Assembly (NCBI GenBank): GCA_035487855.1
Contig: DATHLT010000005.1
Location: 3,338 to 67,337 of the forward strand
Source of the DNA: Solirubrobacteraceae bacterium
GTDB taxonomy: Bacteria > Actinomycetota > Thermoleophilia > Solirubrobacterales > Solirubrobacteraceae
DNA length: 64,000 bases
Direction of reading: 5' to 3'
In this document: piece by piece, positions 49,177 to 58,850 of the stretch
Numbering within the stretch: the stretch's first letter is position 1
How the letters are laid out: every line of letters starts with the position of its first letter
Position numbers and translations under genes: made by a program
The notes under the pieces: model-generated
Told to the model about the DNA's origin: nothing
Database searches by the model: none
The model's input: only the letters and a program-made list of their open reading frames with translations

Positions 49177-49719
49177 CTAGAGCGGCGGAACCTGGTTGTT
49201 GACCTGGGCTCCGTGGTACAGGTGATCCTGGTCCTTGCAGGCAGCGGGGAAGAAAAACTGGACGCTGTCGCTACGAACGCCGTTGTAACTAGCAAATAGG
49301 GTGGCGTGCCCGACTGTGCCGACTTCACACCCTGGATCGTTGCTGGCCTGCACACGGACGACGATCTTCATGATGTTGCCTGGATACCCCCACATCGTCG
49401 CGTAGTGGGAGTGGTAGACGAGGTGATGCTCAACCGTCATCGTGATCGACCTCGTGGGCTGGTCTCGGAAGTGCAGTTCCTGGCAGATAATCCCGGAGAC
49501 GGTGTTCGCTTCCAGGTTGATTTCTCCGTGGCCGCGGGCGAAGCCGCCCGATGCGCCGGCGGGAGAGCCCGTGTGAAAGCCCCAGGGCGGAATTCCGTAG
49601 ACGATTGGGACGTTGCCGCAGCCGGCCGAGTAGCCAGCGGCCACACCAGTGGCGCCGAGCGCCAACGTTGCCGTCACTGCCATTAGCACTGCGGCACCAA
49701 TAGCTCGCCTCCATGTCAT
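49177..49719 (-). CDS. Secreted beta-rich hypothetical protein
   Basis: Signal peptide MTWRRAIGAAVLMAVTATLALG; four Cys; converges tail-to-tail with 48332-49171. Confidence 0.7.
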   Translation of the reverse strand: MTWRRAIGAAVLMAVTATLALGATGVAAGYSAGCGNVPIVYGIPPWGFHTGSPAGASGGFARGHGEINLEANTVSGIICQELHFRDQPTRSITMTVEHHLVYHSHYATMWGYPGNIMKIVVRVQASNDPGCEVGTVGHATLFASYNGVRSDSVQFFFPAACKDQDHLYHGAQVNNQVPPL

Positions 49720-51254
49720 CGGGACGAGACTATATCCGTACTGTTCGTCATACCGAGCGGACTTGGACGCATAGAGAAGCGCAGTACGCCGTCCGCGAGC
49801 GGCCCGTGACGCAGCCGCTCGAGGTCATCTCGGTAGCTCATCTTGACTTCCCACGCACCTGTTCCCTGGCGGGGAAAGCGATCGACAGCGCGCTGCACGT
49901 ATCCTGCACCGAAGTCGAGCATCGGGCGCGTTGGCATGCCCAGATCAGGATTGACCGGCACACAACTCGAGTAGCCGCCGCGGTCCATCATCGCGATGAG
50001 CTTGCAGATATAGTCACAAACGAGATCTACCTTGAGCGTCCATGACGCGTTGGTGTAGCCGAAAACGAACAGCATGTTGGGCAGGTTGCTGATCATTGCG
50101 CTCTTGTAGATGAGCTGGTCGGGTAGCGAGACCTGCTCGCCGTCGACGCTCAACTCGACGCCACCCAGAACCTGCAGGTCGAGACCGGTAGCGGTGATGA
50201 CGATGTCAGCCTCGAGCTCAGCGCCTGACTCGAGCATGATCCCCTGCTCGGTGAACGTGGAGATCCTGTCGGTCACGACGGATGCGCACCCCGATGAGAT
50301 CGCCGCGAACAGATCCCCATCTGGCACGGCACACAAACGCTGATCCCATGGGCCGTACGCAGGGGTGAAGTGAGTGTCGATGTCATAGCCCGCGGGCAGG
50401 CTCCTTTCCAGGCCCTTGCGCAGCAGCCACTTGACCAAGCCTGGCCGCCTCTGACTGAGTTCGTAGAACGTACGTTGCATCCAAACGTTCTTACGCCGGG
50501 TGATGGCGTAGGCACGATCGGCCGGAAGAACTCGCTTGAGCAGGTTCGCGATCGTATCCTTTTCAGGGAGACTCACGACGTAGCTGGGCGAGCGCTGAAG
50601 CATCGTCACATGCGCCGCGCGCTCGGTCATCGCCGGCACGAGCGTCACCGCAGTGGCGCCGCTACCGATGACGACGACCCGCTGACCGCTGTAGTCGAGA
50701 TTCTCCGGCCAGTGCTGTGGATGGATCAGCTGGCCTTGGAATCGCTCGACACCCTCGAAGTCGGGCATGTAGCCCTGCTCGTAGCGGTAGTAGCCGGCGG
50801 CACCAAACAGCCACGAACACTCGAACACGACCGTCTCCCCCGTGTCGTTGCGTTGCGCCTGGACTGCCCACAGGGCCTGCGCGCTTGACCACGAGGCGCG
50901 GACCACGCGATGACCAAAGCGGATGTGCCGATCGATGCCGTTCTCGCTCGCGGTCTCGCGTATGTAGTCGAGGATCGCCGGCCCCTCGGCAATCGACTTC
51001 TCATCGGTCCAGGGCTTGAATGCGTAGCCGTAGGTGTGCAAGTCAGAGTCCGAACGGATGCCCGGGTAACGAAACAGATCCCACGTGCCACCTGTGCTGT
51101 CGCGATTCTCGAGGATCGCGTAGGTCTTGCCGGAAAGGCGATGCTCCAGGTACCAGGCAGCGCCGATGCCCGACATACCCGCACCAACGATGACCACGTC
51201 CAGGCGCTCGGTCTCTGTGCTCTTGTGTTCTTCGATCCCGGCCGCGCTGGCCAT
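49716..51254 (-). CDS. EthA-like flavin-containing (Baeyer-Villiger-type) monooxygenase
   Basis: GAGMSG, GGTWDLFRYPGIRSDSD, FQGQLIHPQHW, GSGATA, LQRSPSY, TATG. Confidence 0.92.
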   Translation of the reverse strand: MASAAGIEEHKSTETERLDVVIVGAGMSGIGAAWYLEHRLSGKTYAILENRDSTGGTWDLFRYPGIRSDSDLHTYGYAFKPWTDEKSIAEGPAILDYIRETASENGIDRHIRFGHRVVRASWSSAQALWAVQAQRNDTGETVVFECSWLFGAAGYYRYEQGYMPDFEGVERFQGQLIHPQHWPENLDYSGQRVVVIGSGATAVTLVPAMTERAAHVTMLQRSPSYVVSLPEKDTIANLLKRVLPADRAYAITRRKNVWMQRTFYELSQRRPGLVKWLLRKGLERSLPAGYDIDTHFTPAYGPWDQRLCAVPDGDLFAAISSGCASVVTDRISTFTEQGIMLESGAELEADIVITATGLDLQVLGGVELSVDGEQVSLPDQLIYKSAMISNLPNMLFVFGYTNASWTLKVDLVCDYICKLIAMMDRGGYSSCVPVNPDLGMPTRPMLDFGAGYVQRAVDRFPRQGTGAWEVKMSYRDDLERLRHGPLADGVLRFSMRPSPLGMTNSTDIVSSR

Positions 51255-51429
51255 CGCTCTACCTCCGCGTTCTTGATCTTGGCCCGGCTCGATCTTGCCA
51301 TCGATTGTCGCTGACGACGACACGACTGAATAGGGTCATAAAGACCATCTATTCTCGTCTACATATGCACTTTGGTGCGCCGCGGGCTCGACGACCGCGC
51401 CACCGAGGCATATCGCGCCGGCCAGAATG

Positions 51430-52022
51430 TCGCGTGGCGCCGCTGGTGAAGGTCGTCAGCTTGATCCCTCACCGGCGCGCCGATTCCCGTCGACCGCGCG
51501 AGTACTCGTCTTCAGTACGAGCTGCGTCGCTAACACGTCGCAGCAATCCTGTGGAGCCCCGCCGCCGCCGACCAGGGCGCGATCGGCCATGCGGCGGACG
51601 CGATCGCGCGAGGGGCCAGCCCAGGGCGGGCGTTCACCGTCCCTCCCAGCTCCGCCTCTGTGTGGATGTGGCTCGCCTCTGCGCAGGCACCCGGCGCCGA
51701 GATGCTCACAGCGGCGCTCGAGGACATACCGGCCGTGCGCGTGGCAATTGGATCGGCGGACTCCGGCATGACTGAGTTCAGGCGCAGTTACAGCGATGCC
51801 CTGGCCACGCAGCGGCTGATGCTCCGTTCCCGCGAGGACGTGAGATTCGCACGCTACGACGATCTGCACGCCGTGATCCTCGCATCCGCCGACGAGAACG
51901 GCGCGCGCGAGTTCACGACGAGGGCAATCGGCGAGCTCGCCCTCGCGGACGAGGCGGGCAGGACGGTCGAGGTCGGGCTCGCGCTTGCGCGCTGGCTGGG
52001 TACCACTCGGCCGACGAGCTAG
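51430..52022 (+). pseudogene. Degraded PucR/CdaR-family regulator
   Basis: Reconstruction VKVVSLI/(frameshift)LTGAPIP...YELRR*HVAAILW...VRVAIG...FRRSYSDA...RYDDL; in-frame TAA; C-terminal HTH missing. Confidence 0.7.
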
Positions 52023-52050
52023 ACGCGTGGCTTGCGCTGGCAGGCAGCCG

Positions 52051-52350
52051 CTAGGGTGAGTCTGCTGAGATTTGCACGGCCGTGCGGCTCGCGGCCATCG
52101 CGCGTAGCTTCGCGACCACCGCGACGTGCTGGGGATGATCGAGATAGCGCCTCAGCGCCTCGGGACTGGCTACGGCGGCGATGATCGCCAGGTCTCCGGT
52201 ACCTTCTGTGAGCCCCAGATCGGGTGCGGCGAGGTAGCTCTCGAGCGCATCGATCGCGTCGGGGAGAGCGTGCAGTTCATCCAGCACAGCCGCTACGTCT
52301 GCCTCGCTGACCTCATCGCGCCACTTGAAGATGACGATGTGCTTGATCAC
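52051..52350 (-). CDS. Dabb-family (stress-responsive A/B barrel) protein
   Basis: IKHIVIFKW...Y..HPQH. Confidence 0.85.
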   Translation of the reverse strand: MIKHIVIFKWRDEVSEADVAAVLDELHALPDAIDALESYLAAPDLGLTEGTGDLAIIAAVASPEALRRYLDHPQHVAVVAKLRAMAASRTAVQISADSP

Positions 52351-52433
52351 GTCGTTGATCTTCTCACGCCCGCATATATTTAGGCTGGAGTGAATCTCTC
52401 GACTCAAGGACAGTCGTTAGGGAGGCTTCAAGC

Positions 52434-53438
52434 ATGCTGGAGATCGTCTTCGATACTGAGGCTCTGACGCGTGTTCGCTTTGCGATCTCGCCGACGATCG
52501 AGTTGGTCGCAAGCACGGCGGTCCTCAAGGACCCCAGCCGGGGGGCGCTGCACCTGCCATGGGTGGAGCGCGCGAGACAGCGAACAGCCGACCTCGATAT
52601 CTCCGCGCTCCGGGCGCTTCAGGGCTCCGACACTTATAACCCGGATTTCATCCACCCGGTGCCGACGAGCCCGCTGACGCGCTTCGAGGATGAGCTCGAC
52701 AGGATGGTGGCGACCCCGCCCGAGCAGATTCGGGCGGAGGTACGGGTCGCCTATGAGGGGCATGCGATCCCTGCGGTGCTGAATCCATTCCTGACCGACC
52801 CCCGTGCCGCGGTGCAGAATCTCGCGGAGCTGATGCGCCGCTACTGGGAGAGGGCGATCGCCGATGACTGGGAGCGGATCCGCTCGCTGCTCGAGCACGA
52901 CATCCTTTACCGCTCGCGTCAGATCGCCGACGGCGGCACGCGCGCGCTGTTCGCTGACCTCGACGAGACGGTCAGATGGGAGGACGGCGTGCTGCATATC
53001 GATAAAGACTGCGAGGGTCACCAGAAATTCTGGGGCGGTCGGCTCGACCTCGACGACCGTGGCCTGCTGCTGATCCCGAGTGTGTTCGCCTGGCCGAAGG
53101 TGTTCATGGTGACCGCACCGCCGTGGCAGCCGGCGCTGATCTACCCGGCGCGCGGCATCGGGATGCTGTGGGAGTCTCAGCGAGCCTCCGCTCCGGACGC
53201 GCTGGCGCGTTTGCTGGGACGAAACCGCGCGGCAGTCCTGATGGCACTGGACTGCCCCCGCTCGACAACAGAGCTGGCGGGACTATTGGGTGTTACCAGC
53301 GGCGGTATCTCACAACAGCTGACGGTGCTCGCTGAAGCCGGCCTGGTGAATCGCAGGCGGGTGAGACGCCATGTGCTCTACCTGCGCACACTGGACGGGG
53401 ATGCGCTCGTCGACGCGGTCGCTGCGGCACCTGCCTGA
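52434..53438 (+). CDS. ArsR-type winged-helix regulator with N-terminal DUF5937-like domain
   Basis: RVRFAISPTIE, PDF, GLLLIPSVF.WP, LIYPARG, ALARLLGRNRAAVL...STTELA; GGGAGG RBS. Confidence 0.85.
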   Translation: MLEIVFDTEALTRVRFAISPTIELVASTAVLKDPSRGALHLPWVERARQRTADLDISALRALQGSDTYNPDFIHPVPTSPLTRFEDELDRMVATPPEQIRAEVRVAYEGHAIPAVLNPFLTDPRAAVQNLAELMRRYWERAIADDWERIRSLLEHDILYRSRQIADGGTRALFADLDETVRWEDGVLHIDKDCEGHQKFWGGRLDLDDRGLLLIPSVFAWPKVFMVTAPPWQPALIYPARGIGMLWESQRASAPDALARLLGRNRAAVLMALDCPRSTTELAGLLGVTSGGISQQLTVLAEAGLVNRRRVRRHVLYLRTLDGDALVDAVAAAPA

Positions 53439-53511
53439 GCCTTGACACATCCAGCTCTCAGGTGAGGCTAAATGTGTTGAGCGAACGTCGCCTTTGCACA
53501 AGAGTGAGCGC

Positions 53512-53739
53512 ATGCTTGGTGATCACATTGCACGTGCCATGGCGCTTGAGCGCCAGCGGGATCTAGTACCCGAGCTGCGCAAGGTCAAGCTCGCGCGGGA
53601 GACCTCTGACGTCGAAGATGGTGAAGCCGGCGGAACTCTAGCGGCTAGTACCCAATCTGAGGCCGCAAGCCGAGCGCGATACCGCCTTCGGTCGAGCGCC
53701 AAAGCGCGCGGCGCCAAGTGCCGGATCGAGACCCGGTAG
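53512..53739 (+). CDS. Possible small hypothetical protein
   Basis: MLGDHIARAMALERQRDL...; fills the gap between the regulator and the hydrolase on the same strand. Confidence 0.4.
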   Translation: MLGDHIARAMALERQRDLVPELRKVKLARETSDVEDGEAGGTLAASTQSEAASRARYRLRSSAKARGAKCRIETR

Positions 53740-53825
53740 CAGACGCTTGCCGGGCGGCCCTCCGCCAACGGCCTCGAGCGGTACCGTTCGGCTGGGCCCA
53801 GAACAGCACAGGAGCGTTGACTGCA

Positions 53826-54728
53826 ATGAAGGCGTACCAGCTTCGCAGTGTCACCCTGCACGGCAACCGCTACGCCTACCGTCAGGCCGGAGCCGGCCCG
53901 GCAGTGGTGTTGATTCACGGCATCACGTCGGACTCGACGACCTGGGCGCAGGTCATGCCCGGCCTGGCCAAGCACTTCACGGTCATCGCACCCGACCTGC
54001 TCGGCCATGGCGGCTCAGCCAAGCCGACGGGCGACTATTCGCTGGGCGCCCACGCGAGCCTCGTGCGCGACATCCTGCAGGAGCTCGGACATGACCGGGC
54101 GACTTTCGTCGGGCACTCGCTCGGGGGCGGCGTCGCGATGCAAATGGCCTACCAGTTCCCCGAGCGCTGCGAACGGCTGATCCTCGTGGACAGCGGCGGT
54201 CTGGGCCGCGAGGTCAGCCTTCTGCTCCGCGCGGCCACGCTTCCCGGCGCCGAGTACGTCCTGCCAATCCTCACCAACGGACGGCTGCTCGATGCAGGGC
54301 GAATAGTGGGAAAAGTGATGGGAGCAGTCGGCCTGCAGCCCAGCACGGATCTGCGCGAAAGCGCCCGCGGCCATGCCACGCTCGCCGACCGGGTCACCCG
54401 TGAAGCGTTCCTGCGCACGTTGCGCTCGGTCGTCGAGCCCAGTGGCCAGCGGGTCGACGCCACTGATCGCCTGTACCTGGCCGAACGCGCGCCGATGCTC
54501 TTCGTCTGGGGCGAGCACGACACGCTGATCCCCGTCTCCCACGCCCACAGCGCACACACCCAGGTCCCTACCAGTCGTCTGGAGGTCTTTGAGGACTCGG
54601 GTCACTTCCCCCAGCTGGACGAGCCCAAGCGCTTCGTGGAGGTGCTCGGCGCGTTCATCGCCACCACCGAGCCCAAAGCGCTCGAGGCGGATCACTCGAC
54701 CCGCCGGCGCCTGGCGAGACGCTTATAG
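53826..54728 (+). CDS. Alpha/beta hydrolase (GHSLGG nucleophile)
   Basis: LIHGI, APDLLGHGGS, GHSLGGG, WGEHD, SGHFPQ. Confidence 0.9.
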   Translation: MKAYQLRSVTLHGNRYAYRQAGAGPAVVLIHGITSDSTTWAQVMPGLAKHFTVIAPDLLGHGGSAKPTGDYSLGAHASLVRDILQELGHDRATFVGHSLGGGVAMQMAYQFPERCERLILVDSGGLGREVSLLLRAATLPGAEYVLPILTNGRLLDAGRIVGKVMGAVGLQPSTDLRESARGHATLADRVTREAFLRTLRSVVEPSGQRVDATDRLYLAERAPMLFVWGEHDTLIPVSHAHSAHTQVPTSRLEVFEDSGHFPQLDEPKRFVEVLGAFIATTEPKALEADHSTRRRLARRL

Positions 54729-55352
54729 AAACGCGAAAGGGAACGCTGCGCTGAGCCCCGCCTCCCTCGTGCCGGCTGCCATATCTAAAGCCTCGGGAGC
54801 CGGCACCCGACGGTGGGCAACGGCCGCCCCGACGGCCTGGGCCGGAGATGCGTGGGCGCTGAGTACCGCGTAGCCCGTGCTGCGGAAACGTCTGGCTGCG
54901 CGTATCCGCGGCAGGCCGGCGACGAGTCCGAGCCGAAGACCACCCAAGGGACCACGAACTGCTCTGCACCGTAGAATCCGAAGTACGGGCATTTATGCGA
55001 TGAGCGATACTGGGCTCGAAGGAGCAAGACTGGGTGTTCTCGGGTCGCGTCCGGCGTGCGCGCGGTTCTGAGGTGCTCTGGATCACCTGAGATTCGCTCA
55101 CTTAGGGACCACGGCAAGGACCATGCGATCGTGGACGTCGATCACCCCCTAGTCCTCAAGGAGCGCTCCGGCGGCATCGGCGGGTCCGCGGCCTGCCGCG
55201 CGAGGTGCGCATCACCCTAGACCCCAGGTTTGAGCTTTCTTGCTCGTCCCCAGCCATCCTCTACGGTTCACAAGATGAAGGCGGTCGGGTCACGCGGCGT
55301 TTGCGCCTGTGGGCATGGCGCTGGCCGAACCCGGCAGGTGGGGCCCCTAGCG

Positions 55353-55911
55353 ATGAGCTTCACCGTCTCAGCTGAAGCATATGACCGTTTTATCGGCAGA
55401 TACTCTGCTGGGCTTAGCCTGCGCTAGCTGATTTCGCGGGCGTCGTGGCCGGCCAGCGTGTGCTCGACGTCGGCTGCGGCCAGGGGCGCTCACCGCCGAG
55501 CTGGTCAGGCGGCTGGGAGCGGCCTTCGTGTCGGCGGTTGATCCCTCAGAGACGTATGCGTCGGCAGCAATGGAGCGGCATCCTGGGATCAAGGTGCAGC
55601 TCGCCTCTGCTGAGCATCTGCCATTTGCGGACCAAGTGTTCGACGCGACGCTGGCACAACTCGTAGTCCACTTCATGTCAGATCCCGCGCGGGCGTGGAC
55701 GAGATGACACGCGTCACTCGGCCGGGCGGTGTGGTGGCGGCATGCGTCTGCGATCACGCCACCGGTCATGGGCCACTCAGCTCATTTTGGGAGGCGGCTC
55801 GCGAACTGGATCCGGACATCCAAGATGAGTCGCGAACATTGCCAGGAGGCGCTGCCCGCGGCACCTTTCTCGGTGCGCGTCGAGGTCTGGGCCGCACGAG
55901 GGCTCGTCTAG
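55353..55911 (+). pseudogene. Class I SAM-dependent methyltransferase pseudogene
   Basis: Fragments in different frames: AYDRFIGRY, VLDVGCG, AEHLPFADQVFDATL..VVHF, TRPGGVVA; at least three frameshifts; degenerate 3' end. Confidence 0.8.
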
Positions 55912-55974
55912 CACCGCAGTCGCACTCGCCCCGCGCGTCGGCGAGTAGGGGTGGACCCCGTGATGCCACGACCA

Positions 55975-56033
55975 TTGACACCAGCATCAGCCTGAGTTAC
56001 TCTCGTCGCGTCCTGCGGACATCTTACCGGAGG
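55975..56033 (+). promoter_or_regulatory. Near-consensus sigma70/SigA promoter plus RBS for the 84-aa gene
   Basis: TTGACA 55975-80, 17-bp spacer, TACTCT 55998-56003, GGAGG 56029-33, ATG 56039. Confidence 0.75.
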
Positions 56034-56038
56034 TCTCC

Positions 56039-56293
56039 ATGCCCAAAATAGTTGCCACACTCGAGGGTACGTACAAGGAAAATCTGGAAGCCGTTCAGGT
56101 TGGGGCGGCGAAGTGGGGCAACAACGCGCATGCCTGGGGAACCAGTCTTGACGTCCAAGCAGGGGCAAACGTACCGGCCGCCATTACCTACCGACAATCT
56201 CACAAGAGCGGCACGGTAAGCGTTGAGCCTGGATATAGCAAACTCGTGGTTGACGCTTATGGCGAGGCCGACGCCCGTTTGACATTCGGTTAG
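56039..56293 (+). CDS. Orphan 84-aa beta-rich protein
   Basis: Own promoter and RBS; visibly more A/T-rich than flanks; no motif recognised. Confidence 0.7.
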   Translation: MPKIVATLEGTYKENLEAVQVGAAKWGNNAHAWGTSLDVQAGANVPAAITYRQSHKSGTVSVEPGYSKLVVDAYGEADARLTFG

Positions 56294-56313
56294 GTCGGTT
56301 CTTTCCTTCCGCG

Positions 56314-57678
56314 GTGTTCGCGAAGGTCCCGACCGGTGGGCCGGAGGACATGGCCGCAGCTATCAAGGCGGCCGCCGATGCCTTCCCGGCATGGGCGCGG
56401 ACGACACCTTCCGAACGCGCGCAGCTGCTCCAGAATGCCGTCGACATCGTCAAGCGCCGACGGGACGAGATTGCTGAGCTGTCGGCCCGCGAGACCGGGA
56501 GCACCGTGCCGTACTCGGCGTTCCAGCAGGATCTCGTCGCCAACACCCTGCAGCAAGCCACCGGCTGGGTCTACCTCAACAAGGGCGAGGTGCTGCAGAG
56601 CAATCAGCCTCACCACACCCACTCGATCGGCGTGCGCCGCCCGCTCGGCGTGGTCGTCAGCTTCACGCCGTGGAACGGCGCGAACATCCTCTCCTGGCGC
56701 GCGGTGATCTCGCCGGTCGCCGCCGGCAACACAGTCGTCGTCAAGCCGTCGGAGTTCGCGCCCGTCAACGCCGGCATCCTCCTCGCGGAGATTGCCGAGG
56801 AGGCCGGTTTCCCGCCTGGGGTCATCAACGTCGTCACCCACGCACCGGGCGCGGCTCCCGCCATCTCCGACGTCGTGTTTGGCAGTCAGGACGTCCGTCT
56901 CATCAACCTGATCGGTGGCGTCAAGACGGCGCGCCTTCTCGCCAAACGCGCTGGCGAAACGTTGAAGCGGACCGTGCTGGAGCTCGGCGGCTTCAACCCG
57001 ATGCTGGTTCTTGACGACGTTGACATGGACTACGCGGTGCGGACAGCCACCTTCGGCTCGTTCTTCCACCAGGGCCAGATCTGCCTCAACACCCGCAAGA
57101 TCATCATCCACCGCTCGATCTACGACGAGTTCGTGGAGAAGTTCGTCGCCCGAGCCGGCAGCCTGAAAATGGGTGACCCGCTGGACCCGACCACGATCAT
57201 CGGCCCACTCATCACCCAGAATGCTGTCGATCTCGTGCACGAGCGGATCAAGGATGCGGTCGGCAAGGGCGCGGTCGTCCGGGCCGGTGGCAAATCGGAG
57301 GGGCTGGTTGTCGAACCGACGATCCTGACCGACGTCCCCTATGACGCGATCGCCGCGAACGAGGAGACCTTTGGCCCCGTGGTCATCGTGGAACCCGTCG
57401 ACAGCGACGACGAGGCGGTCGCCGCTGCCAACCGTGTCATGTACGGGCTGACGTCTTCGATCCTGACGGGCGATACCTACCGCGGCTTCGATCTGGCGCC
57501 GCGCATCCTTACGGGCATCGTGAACGTCAACTCACCGACGGTCAACGACGAGATCCACGCCCCGATGGGCGGGGTGCGCGACAGCGGCTGGGGTCGCACC
57601 GGCCCAGACGGCCTCGCCGACTTCTGCGACGTCATCTGGATTAGCTCGCACTCAGGAAGGCGCGAGTACCTGTTCTAG
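56314..57678 (+). CDS. Aromatic-type aldehyde dehydrogenase, apparently 5'-truncated
   Basis: TPWNG, KPSE, LELGG (catalytic Glu), GQICL (catalytic Cys), EETFGPV, PMGGVRDSGWGR; no RBS; lacks the usual N-terminal 30-odd residues. Confidence 0.8.
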   Translation: MFAKVPTGGPEDMAAAIKAAADAFPAWARTTPSERAQLLQNAVDIVKRRRDEIAELSARETGSTVPYSAFQQDLVANTLQQATGWVYLNKGEVLQSNQPHHTHSIGVRRPLGVVVSFTPWNGANILSWRAVISPVAAGNTVVVKPSEFAPVNAGILLAEIAEEAGFPPGVINVVTHAPGAAPAISDVVFGSQDVRLINLIGGVKTARLLAKRAGETLKRTVLELGGFNPMLVLDDVDMDYAVRTATFGSFFHQGQICLNTRKIIIHRSIYDEFVEKFVARAGSLKMGDPLDPTTIIGPLITQNAVDLVHERIKDAVGKGAVVRAGGKSEGLVVEPTILTDVPYDAIAANEETFGPVVIVEPVDSDDEAVAAANRVMYGLTSSILTGDTYRGFDLAPRILTGIVNVNSPTVNDEIHAPMGGVRDSGWGRTGPDGLADFCDVIWISSHSGRREYLF

Positions 57679-57691
57679 ACACTCGCGACCA

Positions 57692-57717
57692 GGGCCGGGC
57701 GCTGTGAGGCCCGGCCC
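57692..57717. terminator. Intercistronic 9-bp hairpin
   Basis: GGGCCGGGC / GCCCGGCCC with an 8-nt loop between the ALDH and amidohydrolase genes. Confidence 0.45.
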
Positions 57718-57738
57718 GTCCGGGGGGCAGAGGATGCA

Positions 57739-58701
57739 ATGAGCCTCACCGTCGACCTACATCACCACGCCGTGCCCGACTTTTACTGGGAGGCATCCAA
57801 CGAGGACGGCGAGGCCACCGGCGGCATCACCCCGCCCGGCTGGAGCGCGGCCGGCGATCTGGCGTACCTGGACGAGGCCGGTATCGACCTTGCCGTGCTG
57901 TCGATCAGCGCGCCGGGCGTCCACTTCGGCGATGACGCCGCCGCCCGGACACTCGCAAGGCGCAGCAACGAGTATCTGGCCGACCTCGTCCGCGATCGCC
58001 CTGACAGGTATGCAGCGCTCGCTGCTATCCCGCTCCCCGACCTCGATGGGGCGATCACCGAGCTCGACTATGCCCTGACGACGCTTGGGCTCGATGGTGT
58101 CGCGCTGATGAGCAACGCCGGTGGTCGCTACCTCGGCGACAGCCACTTCGATGAGCTGTTCGCCGAACTGCAGCGCCGTGCTGCCACCGTGTTCGTCCAC
58201 CCAACCGTCTCACCCGATCCGATCGCCCACACGCTCGGTCTACCGGACACGCTGCTCGACTTCCCCGTAGACACCTCACGGGCGATCGCCAAGCTCCACT
58301 ACAGCAACACCTTCGCACGCACGCCCGACATCAAGTACCTGTTCGCGCACGCCGGCGGAACGATCCCATACGTCGCTTCACGGTTCGCCATCGTCGATGA
58401 CATGGGCGTGATCCCAGGGGTCGAGGAGCGCGGCCCGGTGCTCGACACACTCCCCCATCTCTACTGGGACACCGCGTCGGCGTTCAGCGATCCGGTGCTG
58501 CGCCTTCTGCGCTCCGTGACGGGGCTCGAGCACGTCGTGTTCGGCAGCGACTACCCATACCCCCTAGACCGGATCTCCATCGGTGGGCTCCGTCGACTCC
58601 AGCAAACCTCCGAGCTCGACGACGGCGAGCGGGCGAGCCTGTTCGGCGGCGCAGCCACCGAACTCCTCCCCTCGCTGCGCAACCGGACCTCGGCGGGGTA
58701 G
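57739..58701 (+). CDS. Amidohydrolase-2 family protein (ACMSD/LigW-like decarboxylase or hydratase)
   Basis: VDLHHH, VFVHP, AHAGGTIPY, LYWDTA, VFGSDYPY; GAGG RBS. Confidence 0.9.
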   Translation: MSLTVDLHHHAVPDFYWEASNEDGEATGGITPPGWSAAGDLAYLDEAGIDLAVLSISAPGVHFGDDAAARTLARRSNEYLADLVRDRPDRYAALAAIPLPDLDGAITELDYALTTLGLDGVALMSNAGGRYLGDSHFDELFAELQRRAATVFVHPTVSPDPIAHTLGLPDTLLDFPVDTSRAIAKLHYSNTFARTPDIKYLFAHAGGTIPYVASRFAIVDDMGVIPGVEERGPVLDTLPHLYWDTASAFSDPVLRLLRSVTGLEHVVFGSDYPYPLDRISIGGLRRLQQTSELDDGERASLFGGAATELLPSLRNRTSAG

Positions 58702-58850
58702 CTGGGCCTCCGTTCTTGAAGGGACCGAAATCACCGTTATGCGGTGATGACGTCTCACCCGGACATTCGTGAACGTTCGCCAGGTGAATCGATCCCAAGC
58801 ACAGTGGCCCAGGCCGACAGCCGGGCGAAACCCCTACCCGGAGGCGCCAT

